A stretch of DNA of 11,787 nt from an uncultured archaeon (GTDB lineage Archaea; Asgardarchaeota; Hermodarchaeia; Hermodarchaeales; Hermodarchaeaceae). The translations under genes were made by a program, and so were the position numbers. Position 1 is the stretch's first letter, and each line of letters begins with the position of its first letter. Shown here in pieces: positions 7,130 through 11,787 of this stretch. Under the pieces are notes generated by a model. That model had not been told where the DNA came from. It saw nothing but the letters and a program-made list of their open reading frames with translations, and searched no databases. Location: assembly GCA_964347045.1 (NCBI GenBank), contig CAYFXC010000013.1, positions 46,420 to 58,206 of the forward strand, in the 5' to 3' direction.

Positions 7130-9853
7130 TCAGTTATTCATTGAGGCTTTCGTGCTTGTCCCGCTAGCTAAAGTGGCAACTGTCAAATTCGATGAAACTG
7201 ATGAAATTGAGGGGTATCGAGAGAGAAATTCAAGGTATTCGATTAAATCATCGATCTTCATGCAAAGCTCTTGTTGTGCCTCTGGATTTATGATCCAGTC
7301 GTTCTGGGGTTTTCCATCAACTTGACCATCCATCTTTCCACGGATATTGTGTCGCAAGTCTTCTAGGGCACAGCGATATACCTTGTTGTCCAGCATTTTT
7401 GCAATTGCTCGAAACATGTTGTTGAACGCGTTCTTTCGTTGTGTTGGATTATTTTTGAATGCGTTGTCGGGCAGAGCTTGAATGAGCTGGTTGATATCGA
7501 AGAGGGCGTCATTGGCGGTATTTACTGTGACCTGTATCGTAAGAGATACTGAACTGCCATCATCGTCTGTGATTGTTACTGTCACCGTATAGGTTCCAGG
7601 ATACGCAAATGCGTGTTCGGTTAGTGCGGTTCCGGTTGCATCGGGTTCAAGGTTCTCTTCGGTGATAATTCCAAGTACTACTATTCCGTCGCCAAAATCC
7701 CATGTTGCTGTGTGAACATCTAACCAGCCAGGGTCAGAGAAGCTGACAGTGAATGCTAATGTATGGACTATTGGGAGAATAAATTGGGGATTTGGCTGAG
7801 TCAAATCAACAGGTGTAGTCATCGTGGGGGCTACATTGAACACTGTGACAAGCAGTTCATTTGTTCCAACTCCACCATCATCGTCGGTCACCGTAAGAAT
7901 CACTGTATACACACCATTGTCTCCAAACGTATGCGTGGGTGTTAACGTCCCAGAGACAATAGGAGACCCATCTCCAAAGTTCCACTCAATAGTATGAGTG
8001 TCAAGAATGCCGGGGTCAGTGAAACTCCCCATAAAGACCACTTCAGCGCCCTCATCGGCATCCTGATCTGGCCCCGCATCCACCAAGGGAGCCACATTGC
8101 TAACAATCACGATGATTGTTCCTGTACCTATTCCTCCATCGTCATCAACTACAGTCAAGATGACAGTGTAAACACCATTTTCAAGATAGATATGCGTGGG
8201 TGTTAACGTCCCAGAGACAATAGGAGACCCATCTCCAAAGTTCCACTCAATAGTATGAGTGTCAAGAATGCCGGGATCCCAGAATTCACCAGAGAAGGCG
8301 ACGGTGTCACCTTCATCAACTGTTTGATCTACGCCTGCATTTACTATAGGTGCCCCATTCAGCACGGTCACTGTCGTTGAGTACGTATCTGTTGATCCAT
8401 CATCATCAGTGACAGTCAAGGTCACAAGGTAAGTTCCATCCTCAACAAATGTGTATGTTGGATGTTGAACTGTGCTAGTACCAACATTATCGCCAAAGTT
8501 CCAACTCCAAGCCACAATATCATCAAAAGATGAGACAGAAAGGTCATGAAAAGAAATCACATAACCCTCAACCGGAGTGAAGGGATTCCAATTAAAATCA
8601 GCTGTAGGATGATGGTCAAGAACCGTAACTTGAATCGTATCTGTTCCTACATCACCATGTTCATCAGTAACCGACAGAGTGACGGTATACACTCCGTTCT
8701 CGGGAAAGACATGGGAGGGTTTTAATGTTCCAGTCACACTGGGTGTACCGTCGCCAAAGTCCCATGCATAGGAATGTCTCCAACGTTCTCCAGGATTAGA
8801 GAAATTTCCATTGAAATATACTCTGCTTCCTTCAAGTACACCGGTTTGATCTGCGCCTGCATCTACTTTCGGCGGAATACCCGGACCTGCACCTAATGCA
8901 TAGATTCTTTCAATGTGCCACTTTCGGATATTCAGAAATGAGTAATTCCTGATGTGCCATTTACCACCAGACTTGTACACTTCATAGTACTGCAATTTGT
9001 TAGGAAATTCATGAGCATCACGCCAAGGACGAAACATATCATAATTCTTGTTATCATCGGAGTCAGTAATCCAGATTCCTTTGTAATATCTAGAATCGGA
9101 TTTTGGATACGAAGTATCATAATTGAACCCCCAGCAAGTGATAGCATGTCCTCGACGCGTCCCCCAGATATTTGTGTAGGATATACTTAATCCAATTCCA
9201 TATCCAGCTCGCAAGAACTTATCAATCGCCGGTAAGATATTACTCTCATCATCTGCAGATTCAAAATAGGCCAGGTATTCCCATGTTGACCAGAAGTTAC
9301 CGCCGCCTGCAACATTAACAGATGCGAAACTAGAATCGGGGACTATTTCTGTGCCGTCAAACCACCAATTGTAGGCATATCTCGTAGAACCTGCTTTATC
9401 GGTCCAATGGTCCTGAAAATGGGCGAATATCTCATCTGTGTTATCCATTCCACCGACCAAACCCCAACCGGTCCACTCTAAGACATTAGAAGCAGTTGCC
9501 GCCCAGCACAAATCATCATCATCGCGATCCCAGAATGCCTTTTCAGCATCGCACCAATTCCGAACACCACTATAGTCGACATCAATCCTGTATCGAGTGC
9601 CACTGGGAGCAGCAGCTGTCACAGGAAAAAGATCCTCATAACCGATTTTTACACGTGCAGTATGTTCAGCAGCACTGTTCTCAGTGCTAAAAATAGAATC
9701 CGAGGATTCGTTACGAACACCATCGGCTAGATAACCAGCAGCAGTGTTTACGATATGAGAAGGCACATCGACCACCGTGACCAAGCCTAACGCCGACACC
9801 AATACCGCCACAAAAACCAGTCTTTTCAAGCTTCGGACTTTTCTAAAATTCAA
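7130..9853 (-). CDS. Secreted IdeS/Mac (peptidase C66)-like cysteine protease with five PKD domains and a helical C-terminal domain
   Basis: Signal-like N-terminus. DAEK...DDDLCWAATASNVLEW (Cys116), HAITCWG (His236) and IWITDSDD (Asp264/266) parallel the IdeS motifs DDLLCGAATAGNMLHW, HVINLWG and IYVTDSD. Five W[DN]FGD / GxYxVxLxVxD repeats. TTG start with a GGGAGGG RBS. Confidence 0.85.
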   Translation of the reverse strand: MNFRKVRSLKRLVFVAVLVSALGLVTVVDVPSHIVNTAAGYLADGVRNESSDSIFSTENSAAEHTARVKIGYEDLFPVTAAAPSGTRYRIDVDYSGVRNWCDAEKAFWDRDDDDLCWAATASNVLEWTGWGLVGGMDNTDEIFAHFQDHWTDKAGSTRYAYNWWFDGTEIVPDSSFASVNVAGGGNFWSTWEYLAYFESADDESNILPAIDKFLRAGYGIGLSISYTNIWGTRRGHAITCWGFNYDTSYPKSDSRYYKGIWITDSDDNKNYDMFRPWRDAHEFPNKLQYYEVYKSGGKWHIRNYSFLNIRKWHIERIYALGAGPGIPPKVDAGADQTGVLEGSRVYFNGNFSNPGERWRHSYAWDFGDGTPSVTGTLKPSHVFPENGVYTVTLSVTDEHGDVGTDTIQVTVLDHHPTADFNWNPFTPVEGYVISFHDLSVSSFDDIVAWSWNFGDNVGTSTVQHPTYTFVEDGTYLVTLTVTDDDGSTDTYSTTVTVLNGAPIVNAGVDQTVDEGDTVAFSGEFWDPGILDTHTIEWNFGDGSPIVSGTLTPTHIYLENGVYTVILTVVDDDGGIGTGTIIVIVSNVAPLVDAGPDQDADEGAEVVFMGSFTDPGILDTHTIEWNFGDGSPIVSGTLTPTHTFGDNGVYTVILTVTDDDGGVGTNELLVTVFNVAPTMTTPVDLTQPNPQFILPIVHTLAFTVSFSDPGWLDVHTATWDFGDGIVVLGIITEENLEPDATGTALTEHAFAYPGTYTVTVTITDDDGSSVSLTIQVTVNTANDALFDINQLIQALPDNAFKNNPTQRKNAFNNMFRAIAKMLDNKVYRCALEDLRHNIRGKMDGQVDGKPQNDWIINPEAQQELCMKIDDLIEYLEFLSRYPSISSVSSNLTVATLASGTSTKASMNN
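7930..8275. repeat. Exact 85-bp direct repeat between PKD domains 3 and 4 (7930-8014 and 8191-8275)
   Basis: Identical tatgcgtgggtgttaacg...caagaatgccggg at a 261-nt offset, encoding PGILDTHTIEWNFGDGSPIVSGTLTPTH. Confidence 0.95.
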
Positions 9854-10166
9854 CTCTTTCCCTCCCTTCGAGGTACTCCAATCGGGTCTCCAATAGCCAC
9901 GCCATTTCCCAGACCTTCATTAATTGGCAAAACGGTAATGGAATCCGACACGAATCCATCGGAAAGGGTCGGCTCCATTGCCATTCTGACCATAAACAAC
10001 TAACTCGCCTAATGTTGCATAAAAATATTAGGACCCTTTTTTTGAATCGAAAACAGTAAAGAAAGTGTTAAAGATGACCCGACTTATTGTAAATAGAAAA
10101 ATCGAAAAAAACTGCTAATTACTCCATTCAAAGAAAACTGAACAAAAAATCCCTGATGTAAAACAT

Positions 10167-10190
10167 AAAAAAGGGAAGAACACGCCTCCC
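10167..10190 (-). terminator. Hairpin plus poly-T terminator after actin-tail copy F
   Basis: The minus strand reads GGGAGG-cgtgtt-CTTCCC-tttttt (one G-U pair). Confidence 0.65.
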
Positions 10191-10204
10191 AACAAACAGC
10201 CACT

Positions 10205-10240
10205 TTAGAAGCAGAGATAGATCACGTCAGCGCCTTGTTC
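10205..10240 (-). repeat. Actin-like 3'-end remnant, copy F (EQGADVIYLCF*)
   Basis: The minus strand reads gaa caa ggc gct gac gtg atc tat ctc tgc ttc taa. D, Y and L are each one substitution away from G, H and R codons. Confidence 0.75.
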
Positions 10241-10262
10241 ATGAACAAAGTTAGCCGAGTCT

Positions 10263-10587
10263 TCAAGGTTCCTTACCCTCCATTTCGGCACTTCCCGCTC
10301 CAAAGGAAAGGGGTGGCAATGGGTTTTTTTGGACAACGGATGTGGAGTGGTAGGATTTTGTTACCCTGAAGACCCAGCTTTGGTCAATGTCCAAGATCTG
10401 TGTCCTTCGTGTGTTTGTTCGGATTCCCAAGTTGTAAGCGTGCTTAGTGTCGTGAGGTGACGACGGCGAAATTGATTCGATCACGGGAAGTACCTCGTGG
10501 GTTTTTGGCTCCTGTCACAGCACGTTCAGCGACGGTCATTTCGCCAACTTTCTTCTGTGTGTGTCTGGTTTCTTTCTTACCAGCCAT
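10263..10587 (-). pseudogene. Small ORF (10444-10587, 47 aa) or frameshifted hypothetical gene
   Basis: Strong RBS GGAGGGTGAT before ATG 10587 (MAGKKETRHTQKKVGEMTVAERAVTGAK...). Removing one A from the AAAAA run at 10502-10506 joins it to the 10263..10484 frame. Confidence 0.45.
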
Positions 10588-11140
10588 TTTTTATCACCCT
10601 CCAATTGTGAGGACAACCTCCACCAGATGCAAGATGGCAGACGGTGACATATAAGCTGGCGTGAAGTCACAGATTTACAAAAGTACACAGCATTATAAGA
10701 CGGGAAACCAGAATGTCAACCTAGTAACCGCCCCTTGTGTTCGAACCAGTGAGCACATTCGAACTGAATCCAACCTCACTGTGTTTTGGCATGAGGGTTA
10801 GATTGGCTGAATAATTGTTCCCAAAAGCAATACAGTAAAATTAGAACACTCATTTTTGCGGACTTGATCCTTTGATACGGTGAGGAGCTTATGATATGCC
10901 TTAAGTAAATCTGAGTACTCCACATTCAGACCTCCAATTGCACGTAAAACTCAGTTTCCCAGCAATAACGCTGTGTAAGTAGCTGAGGTTCTGGTACAGA
11001 AGTATTTCAATAGCCTTGAACAACTCAATGCCTAAAAAGCTCAGAAATCGATTCAAATAATACAGTTTGTAGACCGATAGGTTCCCAAAGTGGAATACTC
11101 GTATTTTCCATAAATTTCGAACTTTGCTTCCATTGAGTAG

Positions 11141-11787
11141 TTACAGGCCGGCTTCAGTGAGTAGCTCTTCAAGGCGGAGATGGGACAGCCCCTTATAAAG
11201 CCGCACTTGCAACCGGATGAGAATATCCACATCCTTAGCCCAAGGTGCTACCTTAACAAGCCTTGCGATTGGTTCAACCCACCGAAATTGTTCCATAACA
11301 AAATATGCCCACAGGACAGGTTCTTCGACGATTAGATTTGAATGGGAATAAGAATAGAAGCATTTCTCAGCAAGCCATTCTTCAATTTCAGCTAATTCAG
11401 CGACACTTTCACGCAGGTGAATGCGAAGAATTAAACAATACCAACCTGATGGTTGATGTAATGTTCGGATTGTGAAATGCACCGCACCACTCTCATAGAG
11501 TTCCTTGAGGAGTTTCCGAACCGTTTTTGCCGATAGCTTCGATTGCCGAGCAATCTGAGGGACTGGCATCCGCGCATCGATGGTCAAGCAGCGCAATACC
11601 CGCAGCTGATTATGAGAAAAGGTCGCTTTCTGGCCATATCTAAAAATCTTACTAAGTGGGTTTATTACGATTGCTGGAAATAATAAGGTTGAGAGTTTCA
11701 CCTTTGTGACGCCTTCAAGCCCCCGGAGAAAGTTACCTAGCTCGTAGCGACCCTGCGAACCTACAACCTCACACTCTGCAAGATAGT
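11141..11787 (-). CDS. Second tandem Lrp/AsnC-type regulator, 5' part beyond the right edge
   Basis: The frame is open to the edge. YLAECEVVGSQGRYELGNFLRGLEGVTKV aligns with VLAQVVGPVGLFELGRFLRGLMSVKEV of 1014..1982. The second HTH is QLRVLRCLTIDARMPVPQIARQSKLSAKTVRKLL. Confidence 0.85.
   Translation of the reverse strand, partial: YLAECEVVGSQGRYELGNFLRGLEGVTKVKLSTLLFPAIVINPLSKIFRYGQKATFSHNQLRVLRCLTIDARMPVPQIARQSKLSAKTVRKLLKELYESGAVHFTIRTLHQPSGWYCLILRIHLRESVAELAEIEEWLAEKCFYSYSHSNLIVEEPVLWAYFVMEQFRWVEPIARLVKVAPWAKDVDILIRLQVRLYKGLSHLRLEELLTEAGL

Noticed and set aside
2120-10240. Repeats as classical integron attC sites
   Set aside because: No RYYYAAC...GTTRRRY boxes or consistent long palindrome. 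Conservation follows codon structure, and cargo orientation is mixed.
2120-10240. Repeats as a CRISPR array or DGR template/variable repeats
   Set aside because: Spacing is kilobases with whole genes between copies, differences are not adenine-specific, and no cas or reverse transcriptase gene is present.
2120-10240. Repeats as a family of RiPP precursor peptides
   Set aside because: Most copies lack a start/RBS and carry frameshifts or stops, and no modifying enzymes are adjacent.
10798-10923. 41-aa minus-strand ORF (GTG start, MEYSDLLKAYHKLL...) after GGAGGT
   Set aside because: The RBS is plausible, but two competing short frames and no recognisable homology leave it unsupported.

Overview
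An 11.8-kb archaeal-looking accessory region (GGAGG(TGA) RBSs, TTATAT boxes, tandem Lrp-type regulators), probably from an Asgard archaeon (inference). It holds unrelated cargo genes: a membrane-anchored secreted protein, two double-HTH Lrp/AsnC-type regulators, an MBL-fold hydrolase, a small beta-barrel protein, a nitroreductase, a SAM methyltransferase, a VOC protein, a secreted hypothetical protein and an IdeS/Mac-like cysteine protease with five PKD domains. The most notable signal is intergenic and absent from the ORF track. At least five co-oriented minus-strand remnants of one gene's 3' end (consensus KKEYxEQGA[G/S]VIHRCF*, most followed by a hairpin/poly-T terminator) sit at about 2120, 3688, 5833, 7089 and 10205. 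The peptide resembles the actin C-terminus (eukaryotic [20 protein letters not shown]). The copies differ largely at synonymous positions and split the region into 1.3-3.1 kb modules, suggesting a cassette-like gene-capture array built by repeated recombination at the 3' end of an actin gene. No integrase or intact actin gene is in the window, and all family calls come from motif recognition, not searches.
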